This document shows, piece after piece, positions 40,401 through 52,737 of a stretch of 64,000 nt of DNA (the stretch's first letter is position 1; every line of letters begins with the position of its first letter). A program made the position numbers and the translations under genes. Under the pieces are notes generated by a model. That model saw nothing but the letters and a program-made list of their open reading frames with translations. It searched no databases and was not told the origin of the DNA. The stretch is from Octopus vulgaris. Taxonomy: Eukaryota. The stretch spans positions 207,576,001 through 207,640,000 of the forward strand of contig OX597814.1 of the NCBI GenBank assembly GCA_951406725.2, read 5' to 3'.

Positions 40401-41104
40401 TCCTCTCCAGCTGAGGTCTTGTGTTTTGTCAAAAGAAATCATTATATATTCATCAAGAATGGTGTTGTTGCATTAGTAGAAAACCATTATTGATTTTACA
40501 TTGTACTACTTTCAAAAACTCATTGTCTTTCAATGAAATTCTTATTTTCAGTTCAGCCAGCCATTATGCCATGATCTGTAAAATATGCACTAATAGCATA
40601 CTTGGAACTACTATATTTGTTTATATTTATCTTATAGTAGCTTAAATATAAAGTAGTGGTTATTTTTAATTGACCTAAGTGTGTTTTTAATGATAAATGA
40701 AATTGTAGCATGAAATTAGATTGGATAACTATTTCTCGGCTGCTGTTTTTGTTTAACCCTAAATCAGTTCTGATCTAACCAACCAACAATTAAATGGCAT
40801 AGCAGCTTATGACTGCTAATCTTTTCTGGTTCTTTGTGTGTGAGGTCACACTATGCAGCCTGCCCTTCCTAATTAAAGATAGTAGGTATGATTGTAGGGA
40901 GATTTGTCTGCTATTTTTAGTAGATTAACTGTCTCTGTTGATGCTCCCTTGTTGGTTTATCTGTTTATTAATAAAATAGATAGCAAGTAAATTAGTGCAT
41001 GCAATCATTGTCATATCAATGAAGCTACATATAAATGATATAAATGAGTTACTATTAATTGGTACTTCAGAAAGAATTTTTATATTGTTAACCTTTTTTT
41101 ATCT

Positions 41105-41448
41105 ATTTGTGTCCGTTGCCAGCCACGCCTGGCCCCCGTGCCGGTGGCACGTAGCACCATCTGTTCGTGGCCGTTGCCAGTCTCGCCTGGCCCCCATGCC
41201 AGTGGCACGTAAAAGCACCATCCGTTCGTGGCCGTTTCCCAGCTCCGTCTGGCACCTGTGCGGGTGGCACGTAAAAAGCACCCACTACACTCACGGAGTG
41301 GTTGGCGTTAGTAAGGGCATCCAGCCGTAGAAACACTGCCAGATCAGACTGGGCCTGATGCAGCCTTCTGGCCTCACAGACCCCAGTTGAACCGTCCAAC
41401 CCATGCTAGCATGGAAAGCGGACACTAAATGATGATGATGATGATGAT
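41105..41448 (+). mobile_element. RTE 3' UTR copy with 3 hairpin units
   Basis: Near-identical to 10250-10541; (GAT)n tail. Confidence 0.9.
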
Positions 41449-42733
41449 ATTTATACTGGAACTGAACTCTTAACCTTTATTGTATGCTTAAATACAATAC
41501 ATTTGCTCCCATATTACTGCATAACAGATAAGAATCCATTCTGCCATTATAAGATCAGTCAACAAAAGAACCAACACAGTCACTTGCCTTGTTAAAAGTA
41601 GCAGCCAAATCTCTAATTAAATTGCATCTTACTCCTATAGAAAAAAGAACATATTGGACAATATGATTTGAGATATACAAAAAAAAAAAGATCAGGATGG
41701 TCATGGTTGAAATATCATTGATCATAGGTCTGCTAGATCAGAGCTAACTTGAGATTAAACGACCATAACCTGTAAAAATTGTATCTTGCATGGAATAAAT
41801 GTTTGAGCTCAGTCCAGCCCAACACATACATACAGGTTCATGGTATCTAATTTGAAGGAAGAAAAAAAAAGCAGCCCAGAAAAGATAAGATTAATCCCAA
41901 ATCATTTTTATCAGTTTTAATAATAAGCTTATTGAAGTATGAGATTTGAGTCCTGTATTCTGGCAGAATCTTGGTAGACAAGATAAAGTGCAATAAGTTA
42001 CAAACTAGTTTGGCTTCGGAATCGTTGGCCATTGTATAAAAATAGATACATCTTTACCATGTAGATAGTTGACAAATGTTGAATGAAAAAAAAATTGCAT
42101 AGAGGTTGGCAGTGGATGATATACAGGTTATAAGAATATTACCAAGAAAGAAGACTTAGAACTGAGAAATGTCAGATGAGATTTTAGAAAGCTATGCCTT
42201 GTATATAAAGTAGTGCAAAAATAGAAACTTGTGGGTTGAAGCTATTGTGCATTGCTCTCCTATCCATGCTAGCCAGAAAAACTGGACAATATAATTACTG
42301 TCATTACAGTTTGAAAGTTATCTAACTTTGTATTTCATTTACTCTTTTCTTAAATTTCATGTTAATTTAAATGTTTTGCTTTGGCACACATCATCCACAC
42401 AAACATACAACAACACACATACATTTATGTATAGATGAACGTGTCTTGTGGAAAAAGTTTCCTTGAATTCCCTATGTTAATTATATCTTCGTAATTATAA
42501 ATGATATCTGATATGTTTACCTCATTCTACTGTGAACCAGAGAACTGTGATGATGAGGTGAACTCGTGTAATGGTTAAAGTTTGGAAGTTCTTTACATTG
42601 TTTTGAAGTATATTTTTGTTGGCAATGGAATTAAAATTGTTATAGAAATATTCTAAAAAAAGAATATAAAATATTTTTAACATTTATATGGTGACTGTGA
42701 TATATTTATCATGTAATTTTCTTCTTTTTTCAG

Positions 42734-42780
42734 GTTCCTTATCACATGATGTTATGAAAAACCTTGACCAGCTTAGAAAT
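42734..42780 (+). CDS. Candidate internal coding exon (47 nt) of an unidentified gene; only open frame (x)SLSHDVMKNLDQLRN
   Basis: Strong acceptor aattttcttcttttttcag| and consensus donor |gtaagt. One frame is open (2 nt + 15 codons) and the other two contain stops. The flanks are non-repetitive. I do not recognise the protein. Confidence 0.6.
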
Positions 42781-43689
42781 GTAAGTATGCATATTCTAGC
42801 TTTAACATTATCCAATATGATCTATCGTAATTTTCTTTTCTTTTACAATTCAGTAAATATATTTGATTGTCTTCCAACCCTTTCCTTCTTTATATCTTAC
42901 TCTTATCTCCTGCACCATTATATGAAACGTGACCTTGGTATAGTGTCTTGATGCTCCTTTTTGTTTCTCCTTTGTCATCAAATTACCATCATATTTTTTG
43001 TAACGGAAAATATATTTTGTTCTCATTCTTGTTTAAAGAATGAACTTAGAAAGGAGCTTTTATGAAGTTACTCAAACTACTCAATGCAAGCAGTCAGAGT
43101 GCCAAAAAAAAAAAAAAAAGAAAAAACGTTTTTTAAAATATGCCTTAGTTATTTCATAAACAAGTTGGCAATTTGCTTCCTGTCACTAGCGGTGAATCAT
43201 GTTTATCCATAGCTAAGCATTTTTTAGCTGCATATTTTCAACCCCAAATTTTGAATCAGCAATTGCAAGCAGCAATTTCAATCCCTTTTGTATCTATATC
43301 TTCAGTAATAGGTGTGTGAGTTGCTCCTATACATTCCATCAACTATCTTTATGCCTTAGTCAAGCATGACTGTCTAAAGTTTATTTTAAAACTATATTTA
43401 ATAAACAGCAAGAGGAATGAGTCTAACCAAATTTCATGAGTTCAGGCTTGGTTGTGTGTTTAAGAAATTCTGTGGCTCCTGGTTTTGAGACACCTTGGGC
43501 AAGAATCTTCTGCAACCAGCACAGGTCAACCAAAATATTGTGAAATGTATTAGGTATACAGAAACTTTGCAAAAACCCAACAAATGGACTGCATCTGCTT
43601 TTTGGTGAGAAACTTAATGGGACACTGGGTTTAACACAACCATCACCACCTGGTTTGTGGCTGTCTTTAACAGAGTCTCTTGTAATTAA

Positions 43690-43909
43690 CCCTTTAGTGT
43701 TCAAATTAATATGTCAAAAGTAATCCTTATTCATTTACATTTTAAAATATTAATCTGGTATTATCTTGTAACTTCAAGATTTGAAAAATGTAATTGTTTA
43801 TTTTTAGAATAACATTGCAGGGTAGGTGTGAGATGCTGGTTCTGGCCAGTTTGAGCATAGAATGAGTAGATTATTCGGGCCAGATACAGCCGGTTTAAAC
43901 ATTAAAGGG
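43690..43909 (-). mobile_element. piggyBac-type MITE, family 2
   Basis: TTAA flanks; reverse complement of 22561-22781. Confidence 0.88.
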
Positions 43910-44912
43910 TTAAAGAACTCAGACCAGGTCTTCAGTCTGGGGATAACTAAATATTGTAATGTACTGCTTCTAACTTAACTATTACAACTCATGAACTGTG
44001 ATTTCTTCTTCCCTTTGCCTGAACAGCCGCAGTGGTAGCTCAGCCACAAAATGGTTCTGTATACTGCCCTTCTTTCTCTAAGTTAGCCATTCAAAAATTT
44101 TACTGAAGGAAAAAAAAATTTACTGAAAGAAAATCATATAGAATTGCTGTTGTTTTTTTAATAAAAAGTGTGGATAGAGGGAAGGAGAAGCAGGTTAATC
44201 AGATATAAAAGTTCTGCTAAGACTAGAAGCTGTTTCCTTATATATTATTTTAATGTAATTGCTTAGTTTTGTTCATGTTTCTTACTACCACCATCGCCCT
44301 TCTATTCCGTTATCTCGGGAAGTAGGTAACCAAGAGAAGGGAGAATAAAGTAAAAAAAAAAAAGCAACTTTTAGCCAGTCAGTTGTATGTTTGCGCATGC
44401 ACATATGCATACATGTCTGTGTTCATTTGCATACGATTTGTATGTATGTATGCATGTTTATGTTTGCATGTACATGCAGATGCATTTCTAAGTATGTGTG
44501 TGTGTGTCTGTTATTGTATATAGCCTCTAGGCCAGCTGTGGTTGAGTTGAATGTCTTTGTGTGTCCATATGTGTGTGTGAAAGTACATGTGTGTGTGTGT
44601 GTGTGTGCTTGTTTGTCTGTGAAGAGGAAAGAGTAGAAGCTGCCAGAAATTTCCTTGTACCTGTGCTATATTTTGTTTCATACAGCTGTTATCTGGATTG
44701 TATATAAATGCATTATAAATGCATTATGCACACATAATCATTATAGCTGGCCTAAAGCTATACAGACAGACAAAATCTTAGTCTCCAGGAATAGAGATTT
44801 TTGGAAAAGGGTTTGTGTTAATTCTTCTAGCATAATTTTTCAGACAGAAATGTTTCAAGGAAACATTTTTGTTTTTTTTTTTTCAGTTTTTTATATACAC
44901 TGCTTCCTTTTA

Positions 44913-44915
<3 letters not shown>

Positions 44916-44951
<36 letters not shown>

Positions 44952-44969
44952 GAGATTTAGAGAAAAGAC

Positions 44970-45045
<76 letters not shown>

Positions 45046-45066
45046 GTTGAGATTTAGAGAAAAGAC

Positions 45067-45109
<43 letters not shown>

Positions 45110-45110
45110 T
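44916..45110. repeat. (TA)n array with a duplicated ~25-bp island
   Basis: gttgagatttagagaaaagacgaat occurs twice inside TA runs. Confidence 0.9.
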
Positions 45111-45769
45111 ATTTCATATATTTTTTTAAAACAAGGTCTGTCTGACCTTAAATATTATAACTCCTGTATTGAGACGCATATCTGGTCAAGTTATTTACAA
45201 TGTTGGCCTGCCAACATCATGATTTATTACATATATATGAAATATTAAGAAATGTTAGGGCAGAAGGAAGATATTAGTTAAGGAATCTGAGAACATAATT
45301 GCACATCATGGTATCAACTTAATAATTTCTTCATTAGCCACAATGAGTTCAAGGGGATAAAATAAAATACAAAGAACATTGGACAAGGGGACTTACAAAG
45401 GCCTATGGGTTGGGGGTGAACAGATGAATTATATTAAAATGAAGAGAGGTGTGAAAGATTTCATGTAGTATATAATAGGATGAATTAAACATATCATAAA
45501 AAATAAGTATTTGCATATAGAATAAAATTTGAAGCCCTTACTAATTATTATCATTTTGCTTCATTTAATTGTTGCCAGGTATCAACAACTTACCTTGGGC
45601 AGGTATTGTTATGTGATGCTGGCATTTCACAGCATGATGCTACTATAAAAGGGTATAAAATTGAATTAGACTCTATATAGGGAAATATAAATTTTAACAT
45701 AAGTACTTATTAAGAAAATAAAGATATCTAAAAGAAGAAACTTCTGCATTAGTTATTCAGCATGACAAT

Positions 45770-46870
45770 GATAAAAAATTACATGAAATTCTATTGAAGA
45801 CAATTTTTTGAATTTCAGAAATGTTGGATTTACTTGGAATGTTTTCAAGAAACTCATTTATACCTTTTTGACTCCTAAGTATACCAGTTAAATTGAGATT
45901 CTTTGTGTTTTCAGTTGACATGGTCTGCTGTTCTTGACTTCTAGGTCTTTGTACTTCACAAATTTGTCATACTCTTTAGCAGATACAGTTTGGTCAGATG
46001 GTATTGTCATGTCAGCAAGTAGATATATTTTATTTAAAAAATGTTTAACAATAATATTTGGTTGACTGGTGTTTATGGCATGGTCTGTACGAACTTTAAA
46101 ATCTCATGAAATTGTTGCATTTTTTTGCTTCAATTACTGATAAGGGATGGTGTACATACCAGATTTTAGCATGCTCTGTGCTGTAATGTTTACATAGTGT
46201 TCAGTGAATATATTCTTTTCTACTCTAGGCACAAGCCCCGAATTTTGGGGGAGGGGCCAGTCAAGTAGATTAACCCCAGTACACAACTGGTACTTAATTT
46301 ATCAACCGCAAAAAGATGAAAGGCAAAGTTGACCTTGGTGGAATTTGAACTCAGAATGTAAGGACAGATGAAATATCACTAAGCATTTTGACTGGTGTGC
46401 TAATGTTTCTGCCAGCTCGCCACCTTGTCCAGTGAATATATTGGCCGACTCAATCATGCCCGGCTTTACATTCAGTTGGAGCCAAGGTGGAGCAGCTTGT
46501 TACTGTATGGACTATTGTCTCAACTTATTTGTCACAGATTCTGCAATTTGGGTTTGCTCCACTTTTGAGAGTTTCTTGTAAATAAGCTCCTGTCTTGGGC
46601 AGCAAGGATAAATCCCTCCATTTCAGCTTTTAACCCTGAGCTTTTACAGCCACTGATGGGTTTGTGGTTGGTCAACATTTGTGTCTTGGGTTTGATGTGG
46701 GTATTGGCCATGTAGCGGTTTCTGTTGCCATCAGTCTTTCAGAGTTTTAAGACCCTCAGGTTTTTGCTTTAATTCAGTAGGTTCTAGCTGCCTTGGTTGG
46801 TAGTAAGTCCAGGTTCATTTGCAATTTCTGCGTTATTGATTCTTAGTTCTCTTCTGTATTTCTCTGTATT
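45770..46870 (-). pseudogene. Degenerate R4/Dong-clade LINE C-terminal region (CCHC knuckle + RLE), split by a SINE
   Basis: Minus strand: WQQKPLHGQY, THQWL, AEMEGFILAAQD, CRICDK*VETIVHTVTSC, HD*VGQYIHW, DFKVRTDHAINTSQPNIIV, LADMTIPSD, KEYDKFVKYKDL. Confidence 0.88.
46215..46429 (-). mobile_element. SINE family B inserted in the Dong fossil
   Basis: TSD cagtgaatatatt at 46202-46214 and 46430-46442. Confidence 0.9.
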
Positions 46871-47389
46871 TATTATTATTTCTGTTGTTATTAGGGTGGT
46901 GGATTGGCAGAAATCATTAAGGCAGTATTTTTGTTGTTTTCTTTTACTATCTAAGCTTTGAGATCAAATCCTGCTAAGGTTAGCATTACCTTTCATCTTG
47001 TAAGGGTCAGTAAAATAAATTATCTGTGCAGTAATCCCCTCCTGCTAAAATTACTGGCCTAATGCCTTAATTAGAGACTATTTTTATTATCATATTGCTC
47101 AGTTTGATTTTTAATTAAGCATGAGGTCAGTTTTGCAAGAAAATTACTATATCAAAAGGGGTCGTATTAGTGATACTGACCACAAGCTCAAACTTTGAAT
47201 GATAAATGGCAGGATTCATTATAACAAGATTTGGTCTCACAATATTCATCTAGATTTGAAAGTTCGCATACTGTAAAACCTTTCTAATCAACCTTGCTAC
47301 TAACTGTGTCAAATTTATAATCCTTACATTCTTACATCAGTAACAATGATGGCAAAAAATAAATGTACAACCAAAGGTTTCTGGTTAAT

Positions 47390-47581
47390 GGGAAAACCAA
47401 GCAAGAATTTACTGGTTCTTTCAGTTAACAGTGTTTTAATAATACTTGTTGTATACAAACATCATCATCATCATCGTTTAACGTCCGCTTTCCATGTTAA
47501 ACAATGATGATGTTTGTATACAACAAGTATTATTAAAACACTGCTAACTGAAAGATCCAGTAAATTCTTGCTTGGTTTCCC
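47390..47581. repeat. Near-perfect foldback (~85-bp arms, ~12-nt loop) centred on a minimal RTE tail
   Basis: aaaccaagcaagaatttactgg...tacaaacatcatcat pairs with atgatgatgtttgta...ccagtaaattcttgcttggttt. Confidence 0.95.
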
Positions 47582-48238
47582 CCCCTCCATATATCAACAC
47601 TGAAACTTTCAAAGTGGTTGTAGAATGACATAGAATTATCTTTAATGAGCAATTAAGTAGGAATATGAAGATGACTTTGTCAGTTATTATTATATGTGGT
47701 CTGTTGAGAAAACGGTATGTGGCGGTGGTGATAGGAATCATTTATGTGTAATAGGGGGGGTCAGTTAAAGGCAAGTTAGTTGAAGTGGACTAAATCATGC
47801 AGTGATGCAGTTAATTGATGAACGAAACCCAATTAGACTGAAAATATACTAAACTGAAGAGTAACGAGGAATTTGAAACTGAGAAAAATAATGAGTAAAT
47901 TAATGTATTTTTGGTGTGTGTTTCAATACAAAACTATATATATATATATAGGTTGGGCTGCACTATTTTTTTTGCTTCTCTTTGTTGTGATATTTTTTTT
48001 TCTTGGCAGTTGTTTTCACAGCTGAGTGTCCTTTCTAATGCATACCACTAAAATGAGGTAATATGAGTAGGAATTTGTTATATATTGATATAGTTGGACT
48101 AGTTTTTGTCAAGCTAAGTGGAACAAGAAGTGTTTTGTATCTCACTAAGGGTAATATTAAATGAAGATTATTAGGAATGGAAGTCTATGGAGCTGTGTTT
48201 ATAGAATCTTAGTAGAAGAGTCAATAGTTTTGTACCTT

Positions 48239-48468
48239 ATTTCTTTACTGCCCACAAGGGGCTAAACATAGAGGGGACAAACAAGGACAGTCAAAGGGAT
48301 TAAGTCGATTACATCGACCCCAGTGGGAAACTGGTACTTTATTTATCGACCCCGAAAGGATGAAAGGCAAAGTCGACCTCGGCGGAATTTGAACTCGTTA
48401 CGACAGACGAAATACGGCTACGCATTTCGCCCGGCGTGCTAACGTTTCTGCCAGCTCGCCGCCTTTTT
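48239..48468 (-). mobile_element. SINE family B, young full-length copy
   Basis: 15-bp TSD atagttttgtacctt (48224-48238 and 48469-48483); CpG-rich. The core gtcgactttgcctttcatcctttcggggtcgataaataaagtaccag resembles the MetaSINE central domain. Confidence 0.93.
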
Positions 48469-49306
48469 ATAGTTTTGTACCTTGTCTCAAGTATTGTGTC
48501 CCTGGCAAACTGCTTAAATTTTTTGTTGTTTACTGGTGTATTGACTCAGTACAGTACTCAAATCTAGTCACATACAATAGGAAATGTATCAATCCAGAGA
48601 AGCCAGATCACACTTGAATTTCATCCGATTTGCGAAGGTCAAATAATTGAGTCTTTATCACGCGTATTTAATTTCATAAGTTGTTGATGTTTGTTGATGG
48701 TAGATCCGAAACACAAGTTAAGATGTTTGACTATTGACCATATGGTCATGAGTTTGTTTTTTCTTTCTTTAAAAAAAAACAACAATTACAGCAATTATTT
48801 TGTAGCCCTTGGCAATGTACAATTTTTATTTTGCTTTCTTCAGCGTGGTTAGCTGAAAATAGTTGTGTTTCTGCTACTTAGCAGCTGAATGATTAATAAC
48901 AGGAAGAGTATCCAACTGTTAAAAAAAAGACATAACAAACAAAAACAACCCATAAACGAAAGAAAAAAAATATTTTGCTGCAACAAAATGCAAATATCCA
49001 AATTTGCAAATTCATTCCACTCACGCTACTGTGGTGGCGGTGGCGGCAGTAATAAATGATATAAATAAATTGATTAATTAAATATTTCAAAAGATAACAA
49101 ATATCAAAATTAAAAATTCCAAACAAAGCTAAAAAAAAAAAAATAATAAAAGATTACTATTTTAAATATTATCCTTTTTTTTTAAATTTTTTTCTTTCTT
49201 TTTTTTTCTGTTTTTTGATTTTTGACCCTAACAACAGTTTTTATCACTTTGTTTCATGCTGTTGGCTGTATTGTTTATAGAGTATTTGGCTATTCCTCTG
49301 ATCATT

Positions 49307-49650
49307 TGATGTAAATTAGTTTTGTTGCATGCTGCAAGGAACAGATTACGCTGGTAATAATAATAGTTTACTGTGCAGGGATAAGGGTGGAGGATAAAAT
49401 GTGGATCTATGTAGCCTGGATGCCTTTTTTTTCTTTTTTTTTTTTTTTTTGCTATTTGGATGCATATGTATTTTGTTTTGCTTTTTCTTTGTTTATTTTC
49501 TGATTATGCACAATGAAATTGTTACCTGGAGATCTGATGCAAATTAGTTTTGTTGCATGCTGCAGAGAACAGATAATGCTGGTTATAATCTATATAAGTG
49601 CAGGGATGGGAGTGAAGGAGATAATGATAGGTCTGTTACCCTGAAATCTG
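49307..49650. repeat. Diverged direct duplication of a ~115-bp unit (49307-49420 and 49535-49650)
   Basis: tgatgyaaattagttttgttgcatgctgca..gaacagat...gctgg...gtgcagggat is present in both copies. Confidence 0.85.
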
Positions 49651-49919
49651 CACATTTTCTCTTAATATTTGCAGATACATGTACATATGTGTGGGGGAGG
49701 AGGTAGGTAGGTAGGCAGACAGATTTGTTACTGATTTCAGTCATTAAACAGCAGTTGTACTGGGGCCTAAATTTCAAGGATTAGTCTATTATATCAGTCC
49801 CAGTCAGCACTTAGGTAACGGTTTTATAGATCTCTATTTATGGAATGGCTTAGTGTAAAGTGTTAGTGCTGTTCGTCTTCAATAATGTTGCTTCCCTTCT
49901 GGGGACACATTATTTTGGC

Positions 49920-50260
49920 TATGTAGAAGTGGATAAATAAGGTAATCATTGAGTTAGAGTGTGTGATAGAACTTTTGTCTTGTCTTGGGTAGCCTGACAA
50001 TGGTATTTATCTTTGCATATACTCCACAATCAGGACTGACAGAAGAACAGAAGGACCATCATTTATGAAGCTCTCTTGTAGACTCACTTCGTAATGAATG
50101 ACAGTGATCTAATTATCACAGCCAATGAATTTAATGGACATATTTGGCAATACCATAATAGTTTCTCTGGCATACATGAACGCTTTGGATATGGTATGAA
50201 GAATAACTAGAAATCAAGTCTGAGTACTGTAATGCAAATGATCAAACTGCTTGCAACTTT
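49920..50260 (+). pseudogene. Degenerate RTE/BovB-like AP endonuclease fragment
   Basis: RVCDR, MVFIFAYTPQSGLTEEQKD, NDSDLIITANEFNGHI and GIHERFGYGMKN match the family motifs AYAPQ, GDFNGHVG and HGGFGYGxRN. Confidence 0.85.
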
Positions 50261-50344
50261 ATACTAGTGTGTATATTAAATTAGTCTTAATTATTCAGCA
50301 GTGCATAAATTATGATGTTTGATTCCATTCCTGCCGTTCATATA

Positions 50345-50740
50345 GCAACATCAATTGCCCTCTGAATAGATCATGTAATACCAAAGTCATTACTTAGAAA
50401 GCGAAAGTTTTGTGTTTAAACTACAGGCAAGCAAACACCATGAAGCTGTTTGTAGGAACAACTAAAGGTAAATTCAAGGCATGATATCTCAATTACCAAT
50501 CTGATGTCAGGAACATCGAAAGATAGCATGTGACTCAGCTCTCAAACTACATCTAGTTGTTGAAAGAAGCAGCCTCTAATTCTTATGAAAAATATTTGGA
50601 AAACCCCAGACCATATAAGAATGGAAGCAAAAACTGTAAGTTGTGTATGGCTAATAAAAGATTAATATTGGACCATTTGAAGCAACCAGATGTCTACTTT
50701 AATTAAAAGTCAGAAGTACTGAGGAAATTCATCCTGCTTT
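50345..50740 (+). pseudogene. Degenerate Penelope-like GIY-YIG endonuclease fragment
   Basis: NCPLNRSCNTKVIT*KAKV, FVGTTKGKFKA, TQLSNYI, RPYKNGSKNCKLCMANKRLI...FN*KSEV. Confidence 0.8.
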
Positions 50741-51514
50741 GACTGTCACCACTCTGAAAGTGTGGACCGCTCTGAATACTAAACTGACATGTACACTTAG
50801 ACAACTAGGATGCCAGTTCTGTAATTCCTATATTGAAGTACCTACTCTTTTACCTTCAAACTCACTCCACACACACTTACACAATCTGGAACTTCAACAC
50901 TCTGCTCCATATCTTCTCATGCCTCAATTTGGTTCTTTATAAATTTGCCATCTCTCTTTCTTCTGTTTGTTTATTCAGTCACCTATCTGAATCTCTTTCT
51001 ATATTCGTGTATCTATATACCTGCCTACTTCTTGACTTGTCTGCTTACCTTTCCATCTCTGTCATGTCATTCACACTCTAAATCTGTTCATTTATTTGTC
51101 ATTCTGTCCATCCTTCTATATATCTACATATCTATCTGTATACTACTAGCTAACATTTTAACTTTTTTTTTATACCTTATTCCTTTCTTTCAGTTCTTCA
51201 TTTCTTATCTTATGTTGTAAAAACGCTTAAGTGAAGGGAGAAAATTTCCTCAGATGAATACATAAACTATCACCTATACAACTGCTATTCACAAAATCTT
51301 TCTAAGTAATATCTGGCTTCTCACATAGCAAGAGAAGGTCACAATACATAAAAATGTTTGATTTGAATGAATGTATTCTGCATCTATTAACTAATTACAA
51401 ATTGCGGCCTTATAAGAACCACTGATGGTATTATACATTTGTGTGTGTGTTCCATATTCACATGTGATTGCATGATAGAGTTCACCGCTGTAACCTCAAA
51501 TAGAGAATCCCTGG

Positions 51515-51775
51515 AATGTTTTACAAATTTTCATTGTATCTCTAATCACTTGTATTTGGATAATGGTAATCAGTTTGCTTTGTTCTTGTTTGGAGATCCC
51601 CAGCATTCTCAGACTTTTTCACAAACCTGTTGTTAGATAACCTAGTCTCTACGATAATGGGTACAAACTAAAATCTAGAGCCTAGATATGAGAGCTGCAA
51701 GTTTCCTTAGTTCTCTATAGATATTCTCCTTTCCACCAACTTTTGATGAGACACTCACACATCTGCCAAGCATCT
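51515..51775 (-). pseudogene. Degenerate C-terminus of another RLE-type LINE
   Basis: Minus strand KENIYREL, NLQLSY, FVPIIV and IQIQVIRDTMKICKTF resemble the RLE-LINE terminal motifs KxxxY and PIIVGALG. Confidence 0.6.
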
Positions 51776-52012
51776 GATCCTTACAATGGGGCACAACTTT
51801 TGTTCCCTACCCCATACAGCAATATCTGGCTTACTCTATTGATAGCAAGTTGTTGTTTTTAATTGACTATTCCATCAGTATTCCTTACATTTCATCAGTA
51901 TTATTGATATAAATTCTTACGTGTGTGTATACACGTGCACACACTATCAGCATCATTTTCATCATTTGAACATCCTCTTTCCTACGCAAGCATGGATCAG
52001 ACAGTTTATTAA

Positions 52013-52231
52013 CCCTTTAGTATTTAAACCAGCCATATCCGGCTAAAATATTTAATCTGTTTTATGTTCAAACTGACCAGATCCAGGCCCTCACACCTAC
52101 CCTACAATGTTATTCTACATTAAGTAATTACACCATCAAGATCTTGAAGATATGAGATAATGCATGATTAATTCAAATCAATGTGAATCAATAAGCATTA
52201 TGTTTGATAGAATAATCTGAACACTAAAGGG
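52013..52231 (+). mobile_element. piggyBac-type MITE, family 2, nested in a minus-strand family A2 SINE (~51945-52575)
   Basis: TTAA flanks; the host SINE sequence resumes on both sides. Confidence 0.88.
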
Positions 52232-52571
52232 TTAAGGCAAATTTTCTTCAGCTGGTTGCCCTTCTTGTTGCCAGATATGTTCTCGCAGTATATTGGAAAC
52301 AAATTACACTGTTAGTATGACAGTCGCAGTTATTTACAATAATCATGTGATGCCTAGTCAAGGATACACAAATACATGCATGCACATGTACGCGAGTGTG
52401 TGTATGTACATGGCTAGCTTCTTTCAGTTTCTGTCTACTAAATCCATTCACAAGGCTTTGGTTGGCCTAGAGCCATAAGAGAAAACACCTGCCCAAAGTG
52501 ACACACACTGGGACTGAACCTGAAACTATATAGTTGCAAAGTGAGCTTCTTAACCACACATCCATACCTGC

Positions 52572-52592
52572 ACATACACACACATTTGCGTT

Positions 52593-52637
<45 letters not shown>

Positions 52638-52638
52638 G

Positions 52639-52691
<53 letters not shown>

Positions 52692-52737
52692 GCATACACA
52701 CACACACACACACACACACACATATGCATACATACAC
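52572..52737. repeat. Compound (CA)n microsatellite
   Basis: Long CA runs punctuated by tatgcata. Other simple repeats lie at 183-228, 3293-3328, 17704-17751, 20116-20167, 20574-20622, 25357-25405 and 56653-56701. Confidence 0.95.

Noticed and set aside
42545-42600. C/D snoRNA or microexon near tgtgatgatgag|gtgaac
   Set aside because: No suitably placed D box or terminal stem was seen, and the frames are incompatible with the 42734 exon.
50427-50473. Apparent exon tacag|...aag|gtaaat encoding QANTMKLFVGTTK
   Set aside because: It lies within the Penelope GIY-YIG fossil.
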